A stretch of 64,000 bases of DNA from Paraspadella gotoi (GCA_051294375.1 CM119263.1:7736635-7800634); one strand, 5' to 3'. Positions 27,647-41,779 are shown, counted from the stretch's first letter. Notes: generated by a model not told the origin, from the sequence alone. Program-made: numbers and translations.

Positions 27647-29021
27647 TCAGTAGCGATAGTGGTCGGGCTTGAAGGGTCCGTCGATTGGAAGGTCCAGATA
27701 TGCGCTTTGATCATAGCTGAGCTTCATCAGCTTCACCCCAAGATGAGCGAGATGCGCTGCCGCTACCTCCTCGTCGAGCTTCTTGGGCAGCCTGTAAACG
27801 CCGACGGAGTAGTTCTCCTTTTTCGTCCACAGTTCAAGCTATAAAAATAATTGAGTAAAATTAACAGAAACGAATCGGCCTAATCTTTACATGATAATGA
27901 TAGATTACCTGAGCCAGTACTTGGTTCGTGAAGGAATTACTCATGACGAAACAAGAATGACCCGAGGCGCATCCGAGGTTAACTAGTCGACCCTCCGCCA
28001 GAACGATCACGTGGCGCCCGTTGCGCATGGTGTACCGATCCACTTGCGGTTTAATCGAATCTTTAATAGCGTTCTCATTCAACCAAGCGACGTCGATCTC
28101 GCAATCGAAGTGACCGATGTTGCAAACGATCGAGTCCTCGAGCATCGACTCCATATGACGCCCCTCGATAACGCCGCGGCAACCCGTGGTTGTGACAAAG
28201 ATCCTCGCTTCCTTGACGGCCTCCTCCATGGTCGTCACCTCGAAACCCTCCATCGCCGCCTGCAACGCGATGATGGGGTCGACCTCCGTGATCAATACTC
28301 GCGCGCCGAAGCCGCGAAGCGCTTGAGCGCACCCCTTGCCAACGTCGCCGTAGCCCGCGACGCAGGCCACCTTGCCGGCAATCATGACATCGGTGGCGCG
28401 CTTGAGGCCGTCGATGAAAGACTCCCGGCAGCCGTAAAGGTTGTCGAACTTGCTCTTCGTCACAGAATCGTTTACGTTGATAGAGGGGATCATGAGGTCG
28501 CCCGCATTATACATTCTATAGAGATTATGCACTCCGGTGGTGGTTTGTTCCGAGGCGCCTGCAATACCCGGCAGAAGGAGAGGATACTTGGAGTGAATGA
28601 ACTTGATCAAATCACCGCCGTCGTCGAGGATCATGTTGAGAGGCTGACCGTCGGGGAAGAAGATAGTTTGCTCTATGCACCAGAGGTACTCCTCGTCGGT
28701 CTCTCCCTTCCAGGCAAAGACGGGCACGCCGGCCTGAGCGAGGGCGGCCGCGGCGTGATCTTGCGTCGAGAAAATGTTGCTGCTGCACCACGTGACCTCG
28801 GCGCCGAGTTTGATGAGGGTCTCGACGAGGAGCGCCGTTTGCACAGTCATGTGAAGGCAACCGGCAATGCGAGCGCCCTTTAGTGGCTGCGAGGGCCCGT
28901 ACTTTTTTCTCATCATCATGAGTCCGGGCATCTCGTTTTCGGCCATGTCGAGAACTTTACGACCCCAGACAGCCAGTTTCAGATCCGCCACTTTGTACGG
29001 TAGTCGGTCTCGGGAATTCAT
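27647..29021 (-). CDS. AHCY: Adenosylhomocysteinase (SAH hydrolase); exons 29021-27909, 27838-27647
   Basis: [68 protein letters not shown]; second exon ends [10 protein letters not shown]. Confidence 0.96.
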
Positions 29022-29550
29022 TTTCGCAAACAGAATCTACAGAAAATAGAAGAATCGTTTCTGAAGGTTTCGGTTCTTGCGCTTGGCTTTCGTCTGCTTT
29101 CGAATTACGGGATCGTAATGTCTCATTACTAATGAGTGTCAAATAATAAATTAAAACTTAAAAATAATTAGATTAATTATAAAAAATTACAGAGGATGGG
29201 CCTTGGTTGTGCCACAACATCTCCAAAGGCGATATTTAATTTTAAACACTTCCAACACTTCCATGTAAAAATGAAGAGGCAAAAGATAAAGAAAAGAAGT
29301 TAGTTTTATTAGTGCGGAAAAGAATGGGATATTGGGATAATCAATAAACCGGATGAGATTAATTTTTAATTATAGTTTAAAGTAATAAATTTTTAAAATT
29401 ATAATTAATAATATTAGAAAAAAGCGAAAATGTTTATTTTCTTAACGAATTTGTTTTTATTTTCATAATTTTCATAACAATTATTTCTGTCTCTTCAATA
29501 CATATGTATGTATGTATCGATTTAAACTAATTTTAAATCGAATTTTAAAT

Positions 29551-29875
29551 AGTTGAACAGTAGTGATAATGGATTCGACTGTTGTTCGCTGTAATAGCGC
29601 ACTGGGTTAACGCTTCATTCCCGAACCCAAAGGTTACGCGTTCTAGCCCTGTCCTTGCTAAAAGAGTGACGGGCCGGTTAAACCAACGGTAGCAAGCCTA
29701 CCGCCGGATCCGAAGTTCTGGGAACACTCTGGGGACTATCTACACCCACAGAGAGGCGTGGCGTCCCTTTTTCCTCTCGGTCAGAAGAAGCAGAAACGTC
29801 AGGCAAGCATTTGCCCCTCTGCTATGGCGAGATAAAAACCTTGCTTTTCGTTTTACCTTAGCGTATTAATCTCCA
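29551..29875 (+). mobile_element. Probable solo LTR (or SINE) with tRNA-derived head and twister-like motif
   Basis: A box-like TAGCGCACTGG, B box-like GTTCTAGCC, twister-like motif ~29657-29726. Its 3' end CTTAGCGTATTAATCTCCA resembles the 41-kb LTR end CTTAGCGCCTTATCCACA. 5' boundary uncertain. Confidence 0.6.
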
Positions 29876-29879
29876 GGAA

Positions 29880-30235
29880 TGCCACCTTGGCAGTGGCAGA
29901 CAAATTTTCCGAATGTAGAGGGCTGCATCGGCGTCCAAGACTCCAAGGGTCTCGGCTGGAAGGGGCACAAAAACGATCACTTCGGCGTGGCAAGCTTCGA
30001 AAGACTGGGCCATTTTCCTGCGACGAGCGACGAGTCTCCAACGCCGAACCAGGGTATTCCGCAGCTCTGTGGACGATGCATGATAGGAGGGACTTTGTGA
30101 CGGTCACATCCAAGGCGGCGTCCTTCCCCTCTCGTTTGGGATGTAGACATCAGCGGGGCGTGCAATCCTGCCAGGCAGGAGGGCTTGAGCTTTCTTAGCA
30201 GGAGCAAGAGCGGCGCTTGCTGCAGCCTTGTGCAG
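29880..30235 (-). mobile_element. Frameshifted fragment of a CRE-like non-LTR retrotransposon restriction-like endonuclease domain
   Basis: Minus strand across frames reads RPADVYIP...GKDAALDVTVT...ACHAEVIVFVPLPAETLG, the PD-(D/E)xK RLE motif pattern of CRE-clade elements. Confidence 0.7.
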
Positions 30236-30955
30236 CCTTATTAAAACATTTTATCAATTTATGTATATATATAAATATATCTTTTTTTTAAATAAATTAG
30301 GCATGGTATATACTCTGTTCATTTATCTAGTAATTTGCTCGTAAGAGGGCAGAAGTAAAAAAATCTTAGAAGTAACACTTTTAAACTGAAAAATCAAACA
30401 AAAGGCTTTCACCTGACCAGCCCTTGAAAAACGAGCACTAACTGTGATTTGATTTCGCTTTTGATCTTACGGATAATTGCTTATTGACATTGTCAAACAA
30501 GTCTTACAACTTTTCTAATTTGAATCTATACTAATTTGTATTTTAATTTATCATTAACCTTAGATTTACTATTCACTATAAACTTAATAAACTTATAATA
30601 AGTGATATTTATAAGACTTAAAAATAAATTCGTTTCTCCAATTTTATATAATAGTTCGTTGCCATAAAACATGTAAATTTTATGGGTCTGATTCATTCCC
30701 CAGTGCAATCTGCCTTAGTTGATAAATTATAAGTACTCCTCATCATTCTCCCGACCAAGATAGAAAATTTAATCTCACATTAATGATAAATAATAAAGAC
30801 AAATTTGGTCGACATTTGCTGCGATTATCATTAATTCCATCTATCGACCGATGCGAGTGAAAGGTCGCCCGGTGCCTGATTCCGAGTTATCTTCGGTCCC
30901 CATCGAGCATCCTTTTCTACACTGCGAATCGAGTTTCTTCTATTGATTTCTCAAA

Positions 30956-30959
<4 letters not shown>

Positions 30960-31000
<41 letters not shown>

Positions 31001-31720
31001 ATTCTTCGGTTTTGGTCGAGCGAACCTCGGAAAAGGGCCACCCCCGTAACGTCTCAACATTTCCATTCTCTTGTTCTTTTATTTTCTTTATTTTTCTTAT
31101 TTTTCTTACCTTTTGTTAAGATTCGAGCCTCTTTGTTCGGTCGCCCAGCCCAGGCGGTCATCTTTAACGCATTTCGCCGCTTTTGAAAGGGGCCTCTTTT
31201 CTTTTCGATCAAGAGACGCTGAAAAGAAGCGAGTAAATTTTCCTTTCTCTTCTTCTTTTGAGGAGAAACCGGAAGAAGGTTCGTCTTCGACTTACTTTCC
31301 CAAGAATTCCGAAACTCAGACAAAACCTTTCTGATTGAAAAACAATATTTATCGGATTACAAACTAAAAACTCTCAATAAATAAACTTTCAAAAAATTCA
31401 ATAGATGTACTACTGTATTCTATTACCTGTTAAATAAAATATCAAACAATGTGACAGGTTTTTACTGAAAAAATCACAGATTGTTTGAATGACTACGCTT
31501 TCGTAACAACTGGCATTTTCGCGCCTTGGAGAGTAAAGTTCACTCTTTGTTACGAACATGATCTATCGAAGTCGCTTTTCGAAAGGCTTTTCACGAATTA
31601 AAATACTTGTATTAATGGTTACTGCTGCAGCTTCGACAGCTAAAGCGCGTCTATGTCGATAGTGCTTAAACCGGGCCGCTCTCTCTCTCTTCCTCTCTCT
31701 CTCTCTTCTCTCTCTCTCTC

Positions 31721-31766
<46 letters not shown>

Positions 31767-33937
31767 CTTGTATCCTTTTCTTTCTTTCGTAATCAACGTC
31801 TCCCGCGTGAAAACAAAAGACGATAAAGGAATCTGAGGAAATCCTTTGAAATCTTAATTTTCCAGGGTTTTTTCTTTTCTTTGTTCATTTTCTTTGTCTT
31901 GGGTAAGATCGATCCTCCATTTGGATAAGAGTCCCCCCGACGACCTAGGCCCTCGAGGCCCCTGTATTTGAAGGCCCCCTCCTCGTCCAGGACGCGTCCG
32001 CCGCGCTCCGGGCGCCGAAGCAGCTCCAGCGACTCAGCGGACGTTTGGGGTTTGGAAAGCTGCGGGGCCGGCCGACCGCGCGTCGGCAGATTAGTTTATG
32101 GAGATTTTTATCTCATATTGCACTGAATTATGTTTACAATTCTATGAATCTAATTAAAAATTATTACCATTCAATGAAAACTACATTTATGTAATATTTA
32201 ATATTTTTTACATTCGTTATAAATTTGGTACTTAGACGGAAAGCTAAGCTTTAAGCCAAACCAGCGGCTCCCGCCGGCCCAGGGCGCCGATCCTCGACGC
32301 CTAACCCCTAGAAGAAAACCTAATTTCTCTCTCCTTTTTTTTCTTTCTTTGTTTTGTTTTCTTTTTCTTTTTTTTTTTCGGGTTCGCAAGTTTGAAATTT
32401 GAAAATTTTCGTATCGCTGATTGGAGGAGACGGAGAGGAAGAGGCAAATCACTTTAGAAATACGTAGTACAAAATCGAATGCGGTGAAGTTTGAAACGAA
32501 TGAACGAAGGAAAATGAAAACCGATTTAATTTGATATTAAACTATCGATTAAAAATCATAATCATAAATTTCTTATTAATTAATTAATAATTACACTGGG
32601 TTTTTTCGAGTGATAGTTTCACTCCTTGGACGTTCGATTCCTGTCTGAAAATACTTTGTGATCAATACATCTGGGTATACCCAGACTATGACGGCTCTAT
32701 CCGTTAGAAATTCTGTCGTTGCATGAGGCCGGCCCCTGGACGTCGTACCAAGCCACCCGGGCCACCCCTAGGAGCCGGCCGATCTTGGAGAACTCTCGCT
32801 GTCTCTTGCGCCCGGATGAGGAAAAGAGGGGGAGGAAGAAGAGGGGGAGGATTTTGGAGTGGCAGAGAAAGAGAAAAAAAAAAGAAAAGGAAGAAAAAAA
32901 AGAAACAAGCAAAATAAAAGAGAAAGATAGAATTAATAAAAAAGAAATAAAAACAAATCTTAGAGAGATAAATCCCTCAAATAACTAAAAAAATGAGAAG
33001 TAAAAAAGAGGAAAATGTTAAAAAAAATAAGGACTGAAGGAAAGATAGAACAAGGTAAGATAAGGTAAGGTAAGGTTAAGCCCGGCCAGCCTGTTATTCT
33101 TGACTTGAATTCAATAAAGAAGAGAAACAAAGATACAAAAAAAAAAAGCGCGAAGAGAAACAAAAGGAGAGAAAAGAATGGACGTCACACTGCCGGTCAA
33201 CCACGCCAATCGCCCGTCGATCACGCATGCCCCGACGATGATCTCGCCCCCGGTGCTTCCAACTCCCCCCTCCCCAAGGGGGTTTCGACTGGGATCTCGA
33301 AGACCCGAGGGCCGCGGATCGTCGGATGCGTGACGATTCACGTCCCGGCGATCGCCGCCGCCAATCCCTTCGGTCATCGCCGAAGACCCAGCTTCGGTCG
33401 ACTCCACTAACCCTATTTCGTCGGACGACTTACCTTTTTACTAGAAGACCTTACCTGGCCCGGTCGAGTCTTCGCTTAACTGAAGACATAACCCGTTTCT
33501 CCGACTTTTAAAATTGCTCCTTGGATCCTCTGATCACTGGGATCTATAGAAACTAAAAATAACAAGTTGACGTGAGATATCGAGAGCGCGGGACTGGGCC
33601 GGGAGTACGGAAATTGAGGAGCGGACTGCTGTATGAATTAGAAAAGTTGAAGTACAGGTTCTGTTTTTCTCTTAATTTATACATTCTTTCTCATACTAAT
33701 TTATCTATCTAGTTTCTCAATTATTCGATTATTAAATTATTATCATCATCATAATAATTCGATATTATAAATAAATAAAAAAATTGTTTATAAATATTCC
33801 CTTATTTATTTTTTCATGTCATTCATATTTATTTATTTATATATTTATTTATTTATTTATTTTTTATTATTTATTTATTTTTTATTATTTATTTATTTAT
33901 TTATTTCTTTATTTATTTATTTATTTATTTATTTATT

Positions 33938-33969
<32 letters not shown>

Positions 33970-35782
33970 AATATTAGTACTTATAAAGTAAAATTTCTAT
34001 CTATTGACTATTGTGTGCAAATATTCCAACCACTATTTCAAATCGGAACTATAGTATATAGTTATAACTAGTATATAACTATACGTATGCCGGGCTGAAC
34101 CAGGTTTGTTTTGGTTCGCCTCTTTCTCATGTCCGTTAACTTTTACTTGGCTTTTGATCATGCAAGTTCGTTTAATAGACATCTCAGATGCGGCTGAGTC
34201 CCCTTAATTACGCAGAATTCTTTATGCTTTTCCCACGTCGTAGATTTTCTCTTCCGGGATAAAGCACTCGGGGCTCGCGGAGAATTAATATTGATAACGA
34301 ATGAAATTAATCTTATTAAATTTATTTATAATTATCAAAAATTAATGCGATTACTTTTAGCCGACACCACCTCTTGAAAAAAAAAGATATTTTCGATTCT
34401 CGATAACGGAGAGTTTTGCAGCACCTTAATTAGCTTTCCCCAAAAATTAAGACGTTATTGAGAAGTTTACGTATCCTCCCTCACAAAAAAAGACTAGAGA
34501 AAAAAAAAACAACTTTAATGCTTTGTAAGAGATATTAGAATACTACGCAAGTGCTAGGCCTCAATGAAATATATTCGTCGATTGTACAAAAAAATATGTT
34601 ATTCTATTCTCGACTTTGACCTAAAACGACAATTATTTATAATTACGGGTCACACGTGACGTGTTTTTTTCCCTTTGACTGAATTCGAATCTGCATCGTC
34701 GTCCTCGTCGTCGTCGTCGTCATCGTCGCCCAGTTTGGCTCGAAGGCGAAATCATCCTTCCGTCAATTCCTTCTTTTCCACAGGAAGCGGAACCGGTTCT
34801 TTGCGCCCGGAGGACCCGGCCGGACCTCGGATCACGGACCCCGCCGGTGACGTAGACCCCGCCTGGACGAAAAGAAGCTCCGCCTGATCGGTTAGAAAGT
34901 GTCGCCTGGATCGCCTTGCCGAATCGGAGACCCTACTTGGTTAGAGAAAGCTTCGCATGTTCGGATAGATTAGCTCGAATAGTTGGATAGAGATCTCTGC
35001 CTGGACAAACAGAAAGCCCATCCTGGCAGAAAAGTAGACCCAGCCCGACCGAATAACCGCTCCGCCTCGCCGGATGCGAGTTCGCCCGAATCCCGGTCAA
35101 GACGAAGGCGGCGCTGGACTCCCGGGGAGTTTTTTTTACAGCCGTTACGTTTTTACGTTCCGGCCGAAAACGTAATCGTCGTCGTCGGCGTCTTTCGCGC
35201 TTTGACGACGATTTCATCATCGTAATCGTCGTTAAACGTAATCGTTCGTTCCGACTGGAGAGTGGAGGTAAAGAGATGGCGCAACAAAGACGAAACCACA
35301 AACAAAAGAACTCATCACTGAATTTTACACATAAATTGACCAAATTGATCTTTTATGTGCGTAACGTTTAAAAGATATTCTGTGAACTCGCTTCTTGGGA
35401 GCGGTCTCCAACGATCATTGATGTTGCGGATCTATGGTCGAAAAAATAATAGAAGTTGGAAAGTTATTCTGTAAATAATAAATAAATTCATTGCTTTTAT
35501 CCATTTTGAGCACAAAAAAAAAACAATAAAAAAAAAAAAATCTATAGCACCTATTGAAAGTATTGTGGAGCATGCTTACATTCTCTCGGTTCCAAAAGTA
35601 TCGTAACCGAGAAATAGAATAAAAATTTTCGTTGCATAACGAATAACAAATATCGTTTTGTTTGTTGTCGTCGCTTTTGTTCGTAATCGTTGGAAAAACA
35701 TTCGGACGCAACGATTGTCATGAGAATCAGTCTTGGTACTGCCCCTTGGTCTGGGCAGAGAGAGAGAAAGAGGAGAACAGAG

Positions 35783-35832
<50 letters not shown>

Positions 35833-35914
35833 CGAAAAAGACCAAAAAAAAGGCGCGGATTAAGAAATACTAGAATTCCCACGATCTCCCTATGATTACA
35901 TGTCCAGCGAATCT

Positions 35915-35984
<70 letters not shown>

Positions 35985-37341
35985 TCCATCATTTTTCAGG
36001 TACCAAAGCCGGCGATCTGCTGGGAAACGAGTGGGACCGGCATGAGGGGGGGGGGAGAGATCAGAGGGTTCGGGGGAAACCGTCCGTCATTTCATCGTTT
36101 TATCAATTTTGTCTAAGACTCCCACGCAATCTAGTGGCCTCCAATGGCCATTGATTGTTTAATTGCCTTTAGTTTAAATAAGAGGGAAAAAAAAGAAAAA
36201 TAACTGAAAATATATTAATACTTGAAGCCCAATAAAGACTTGTTGTACGTACAATGTAATTTATCTGACACGATCGCGATTCCAAAACCAACTTTTTTTC
36301 CTTATTTTCCTTTTTTTCCTTATCTTTTTTTTCTTTATATCGAGACAAGAAAAACTGGTTAATGAATCTTCGGTTTCCTGGTCTCCACCGTTGCTGACGC
36401 CGCTCCTCTTTTCTTTGATCAAAATCATCTGAAACCAGCTCTCTCTCTTTTTCCTNNNNNNNNNNNNNNNNNNNNNNNNNCTTTGGGTCGCACTTGCCGA
36501 ATCGGAGACCCTACTTGGTTAGAGAAAGCTTCGCATGTTCGGATAGATTAGCTCGAATAGTTGGATAGAGATCTCTGCCTGGAACAAACAGAAAGCCCAT
36601 CCTGGCAGAAAAGTAGACCCAGCGCCGACCGAATAACCGCTCCGCCTCGCCGGATGCGAGTTCGCCCGAATCCCGGTCAAGACGAAGGCGGCGGCTGGAC
36701 TCCCGGGGAGTTTTTTTTACAGCCGTTACGTTTTTACGTTCCGGCCGAAAACGTAATCGTCGTCGTCGGCGTCTTTCGCGCTTTGACGACGATTTCATCA
36801 TCGTAATCGTCGTTAAAACGTAATCGTTCGTTCCGACTGGAGAGTGGAGGTAAAGAGATGTGCGCAACAAAGACGAAAACCACAAACAAAGAACTCATTC
36901 ACTGAATTTTATACATAAATTGACCAAATTGATCTTTTATTGTGCGTAACGTTTAAAAGATATTCTGTGAACTCGCTTCTTGGGAGCGGTCTCCAACGAT
37001 CATTGATGTTGCGGATCTATGGTCGAAAAAATAATAGAAGTTGGGAAAGTTATTCTGTAAATAATAAATAAATCATTTGCTTTTATCCATTTTGAGCACA
37101 AAAAAAAAACAATAAAAAAAAAAAATCTATAGCACCTATTGAAAGTATTGTGGAGCATGCTTACATTCTCTCGGTTCCAAAAGTATCGTAACCGAGAAAT
37201 AGAATAAAAATTTTCGTTGCATAACGAATAACAAATATCGTTTTGTTTGTTGTCGTCGCTTTTGTTCGTAATCGTTGAAAAACATTCGGACGCAACGATT
37301 GTCATTGAGAATCAGTCTTGGTACTGCCCCTTGGTCTGGGC

Positions 37342-37414
<73 letters not shown>

Positions 37415-37511
37415 CGAAAAAGACCAAAAAAAAGGCGCGGATTAAGAAATACTAGAATTCCCGACATCTCCCTATGATTACATGTCCAGCGAATCCTCTC
37501 TCTCTCTCTCT

Positions 37512-37572
<61 letters not shown>

Positions 37573-38051
37573 TCCATCATTTTTCAGGTACCAAAGCCGG
37601 CGATCTGCTGGGAACGAGTGGGACCGGCATGAGGGGGGGGGGAGAGATCAGGGAGGGTTCGGGGAAACCGTCCGTCATTTCATCGTTTTATCAATTTTGT
37701 CTAAGACTCCCACGCAATCTAGTGGCCTCAATGGCCATTGATTGTTTAATTGCCTTTAGTTTAAATAGAGGGAAAAAAAAGAAAAATAACTGAAAATATA
37801 TTAATACTTTGAAGCCCAATAAAGACTTGTTGTACGACAATGTAATTTATCTGACACCGATCGCGATTCCAAAAACCAACTTTTTTCCTTATTTTCCTTT
37901 TTTTCCTTATCTTTTTTTTCTTTATATCGAGACAGAAAAACTGGTTAATGAATCTTCGGTTTCCTGGTTCTCCACCGTTGCTAACGCCGCTCCTCTTTTC
38001 TTTGATCAAAATCATCTGAAACCAGCTCTCTCTCTTTTTCCTCTGATCAAG

Positions 38052-38094
<43 letters not shown>

Positions 38095-38122
38095 CTCTCT
38101 CTCTTCTCTCTCTCTTCTCTTC

Positions 38123-38153
<31 letters not shown>

Positions 38154-38202
38154 TTCTTTCTCTCTTTCTTTCTCTCTCTCTCTCTCTCTTTTTTCTTTCT
38201 CT

Positions 38203-38273
<71 letters not shown>

Positions 38274-39310
38274 ATTAATTTCTCTTTCTCTGCCCAAACT
38301 ATAAATGCTCACTAAAGGATAAAAAATTTGTAGCACCTAATATTCTAAAACCTGAAGTTTCTTTTACAAAGTTGAAAGACATATTGAAGAAAACATCGAA
38401 ATAGATACAGAGTGAACCAACATATTTTCACTTGGGATTTTAGACTTGAGTAACTACGCTTGGTGAAGTTAGATAAATGAAATAAACGTCTTTACAATTC
38501 AGGATTAATTTCAAACAAAGTCGCTTTTATATATTTCTAAATTTCTAATCACCGCAACAAATCTACTCCTTCAAATCCTTTTTAACAAGTAGATGTCATT
38601 TTTATATTTTTTACATTATTATACAATGTAAATACTAATTGTAAATCGTGAAATCGGGAATTACAAACCATTACAATCTCTTACCTTTTTACCAACATTT
38701 AAACGTTTTCTAAACTCCCATTCTCGATCCGATTTCGGCTCCTTCGAAGGTCAAGTGTTAATCGAATTTTTCATCGAGCCTTTTATCTTTCTTCGTCTCT
38801 CTTTCTTTTCCAATAGATCCTTTTCACGTTTAATTTCTTCTCCTTTTTCCTTTCTAACATATCGGGTCTTAACCAATGAGCATCTGATCCAATCGCTAGA
38901 ATTTGAGAATTTTCAGAGCGGATCGAAAATCGAAAATCGAAAATCGCCGATGGAAGACTGAGTTCTGTTTTAAATTGAAAAAAAATCTTCTATTGTGAGT
39001 AATAGTATTGTAGTTTTTTTACATATAAACTAGAGACTAAAAAGATGTTTTTTGATTTAGCATTGAACTCTGAATTAGAGACATAAACCAAATTTGTTCG
39101 TACTTCCTTTAAAGTTTTTAAAAAAAAGGATTGTCTCGAAAAGTTCCTTTTGTACTAATTCAGTCTTTTTTCGTCAGAAACTTTTTTTTTTTAAATGACG
39201 CGCACTGCTCTTTTTAGAAGCAGCGCTTTTATTATCCATTAACGATAAGGCTTTTTTAAAACGATCTATCTTTCTTTCTTTCTTTCTTTATTTCTTTTTT
39301 TTTCTTTTTT

Positions 39311-39406
<96 letters not shown>

Positions 39407-40278
39407 TTTCTCAAATTAATCTTCCCTATCATTTTACAGATGACAAGTCTGGCACTACCAAACCCTGATTACCATTCGTCCTTTTTCAACCTCTCAAAGG
39501 AAAGACCACCTCCCTCCACCACCACCTCCCCCCCTCTCACCCACCACCTTCGGGGTCAGTTTTAATCACCGATCTTCTCTTTCTAACGACTGAATCCCCG
39601 ACGCGCGTTTGACTTCGATCATCGCGATGAAAAATGTTGAGGTTCGATTCTCGATTGATATGTTATTAGATTCTTACTACTGCAATCGGGCCGAGTGAAA
39701 AAGCGAGGACATCTCTCAATACGATGATTCATTTCGTATTTTATATAATGATCAATTTATGTCTTATGCGAATATGAATTCAAAAAGAAAAGGGTATCGA
39801 AAAAAACTAATGTTGAAGTCGTTGATTGATTAAAAGGGTAACCTTGATAAATTGATTGAACGACTGTACAAATTATTCGATTGATTAAATAATTAAATAA
39901 TTTTTTGATTAATTTATTGACTGAAAGAAAGAAACGAAACAAAAAAGGAAAACAATAAGCAAAAACGCATCTGGCTTCGACGTCCATCGAATCCTCGGTT
40001 CGCGACCATAAAAAATGGGTCGGCCCTCGGGAACCCGGGGCCGGAGAAAGGTGTCGGACCCGGAAAGGCCCGGAAAAGGGGTTTCGCTCGGGCCAAAGAG
40101 TTTTACGAAGGGCCAGATATGGTCGTTTCAATGTTCGGGCGAGTGGGGGGAGGCGAAGGGGGGAAGGCGAAGGGAGAGGGCCGATCTGGAAAGATCCTTT
40201 CTGAAATGAAACCATCTTAAAGTTATTATTGTACTCGAAAGTTAGGGGGGGGGGAAGTTGATTCGTTGTAGACCATGA

Positions 40279-40365
<87 letters not shown>
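30960..40365. repeat. Cluster of (CT/GA)n, (TTTA)n and (TTTC)n microsatellites
   Basis: Tracts at ~30960, 31680, 33830-33970, 35760, 35912, 37343, 37495, 38053-38270, 39270-39410 and 40282. Confidence 0.95.
34915..38042. repeat. ~1.55-kb near-identical tandem duplication flanking an N gap (probable assembly artefact)
   Basis: 34915-36455 repeats at 36493-38042; differences are mostly 1-nt indels; gap at 36456-36480. Confidence 0.85.
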
Positions 40366-40367
<2 letters not shown>

Positions 40368-40519
40368 ACCTTTGCCCGTGGATGTAATTACAACCTTAGG
40401 TCGACCGTCGCGTCCGGGATTTCGTCGAGTTTCGGCTCGAAGACGATTTCGCCAACGAAAATTCTTCAACATCCTTCGCTTCTCCATCACCGCCGATTGT
40501 TACAACATAATGGAGTTAG

Positions 40520-41148
40520 ATGTACATTAAGCGTAGTAAAATTTCCTCAGTTTAACTTTAATTAAAATTCTAAAAAGTGAGGAACGAACAACATTATACT
40601 TATAAACATTTATGTATAAAAAAAATTATAATAAATTTTACAATTTACGCAGATAGGCCATATTTATACTAGTACTAAACCAATAAATGTTAAAATTTCA
40701 AAACAGTTTTTTCTAAGATTTTTTTTGCAGATTTGGATTCATCATAAAAAGTTGATAAAAAGAAATATAACTCTTTTTGAAAAATTCCTTCATTAAGTGG
40801 GTCAAAAATTAGAAAAAGCTATATTTTTAAACTGAAAATTAACTTTTTATATATTAAATATAGTTTTTTTAATTTTTAACCCACTTAATGAAAGAATTTT
40901 TAAAAATGAATTATATTTTCTTTTATCAACTTTTGACGAGGAATTCAAATCTGCAATCAAAATTAAGAAAAGCCTATTTTGAAATTTTTCGATTTTATAA
41001 GGATAGTACTATATATAAATATAGCCTACTGCGAAAATAAAAAACATAAAATTATTTTTTTTTACAAATTAATGTTCACTGATTGTATGTTGTTCATAAT
41101 TGACTTTTAGAATTTTCGTATGTAACTTTCACTACGCCTTAATGTACA
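40520..41148. mobile_element. AT-rich foldback/MITE; the whole element is an imperfect palindrome
   Basis: ATGTACATTAAGCGTAGT...ACTACGCCTTAATGTACAT ends; inner arms TTCATTAAGTGGGT / ACCCACTTAATGAA and GCAGATTTG / CAAATCTGC; centre ~40845. Confidence 0.75.
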
Positions 41149-41372
41149 TGTATAAAAATACTGCATAAAGATAAAAAGGAAGGATAAAGAATGGAGGGAT
41201 AAAAGATTAGAAAGAAAGAAAAGAAGAAAGAAGAAAAAAGAAAGAAAGAAAGAAAGAAAGAATAAATAAAAAATAAATAAATAAATAAATAAATAAATAA
41301 ATTGTGGATAAGGCGCTAAGTGGGCTGAAGATGACTATCCGTAACTTCTATAACCCCTCTAGCAGACATGGA

Positions 41373-41451
41373 ACGGGTCCTGGGCTTGGAACCAGGCTTG
41401 AGGGTTGCCACGCCCCCAAAGGCGGCTTACGGCCGTCCTCACGCTTCCCAC
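41373..41451 (-). ncRNA. Twister-like (P5-type permuted) ribozyme candidate, 3' LTR
   Basis: GUGGG AA GCGU GA GGA CGGCCG UAA GCC GCC [P3] G CCUGG UUCC AA GC CCAGG A CCCGU: UAA, GCC, P4, AAGC loop and pseudoknot GGA/UCC. Confidence 0.6.
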
Positions 41452-41779
41452 AGGGTAGGTACCGGGTTGGGATTGAACCCGGTACCTAGTGGTCATGAGC
41501 TGATGGCTTTACTCAAATGAGCCACCGGGTCAGGACTGAAGGTGTCATGCTTATAGGCGGGGTGAACCTAGGCAATGCCGACTACATGCCCCCCAGATTG
41601 TAACCCACCCTGCACTGCTTCCAGTGGAGGGAGGGGAGCAATCTTCAGCACGTCCATGGGCCTGGAATCAGAAGGTTGGAATACGCTCGACAGGATGGGC
41701 TCACCAGTGTGGATAAGGCGCTAAGTGGGCTGAAGATGACTATCCGTAACTTCTATAACCCCCTCTAGGCAGACATGGA

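Noticed and set aside
28011-28883. 290-aa antisense ORF over AHCY and similar antisense ORFs over RhoGAP and papilin
   Set aside because: Expected shadows of GC3-rich coding sequence; no domain features.
34915-38042. Recent 1.5-kb tandem duplication
   Set aside because: Copies flank an N gap and differ mainly by single-base indels, typical of an unmerged contig overlap.
37761-38336. ER/SL-repeat ORFs here and elsewhere
   Set aside because: Translations of (GA/CT)n and (TTTC)n microsatellites.
41456-41529. Genuine tRNA genes at 13.3, 29.6, 41.5, 41.9 and 54 kb
   Set aside because: A/B boxes present but no proper cloverleaf; all lie within repeat elements.
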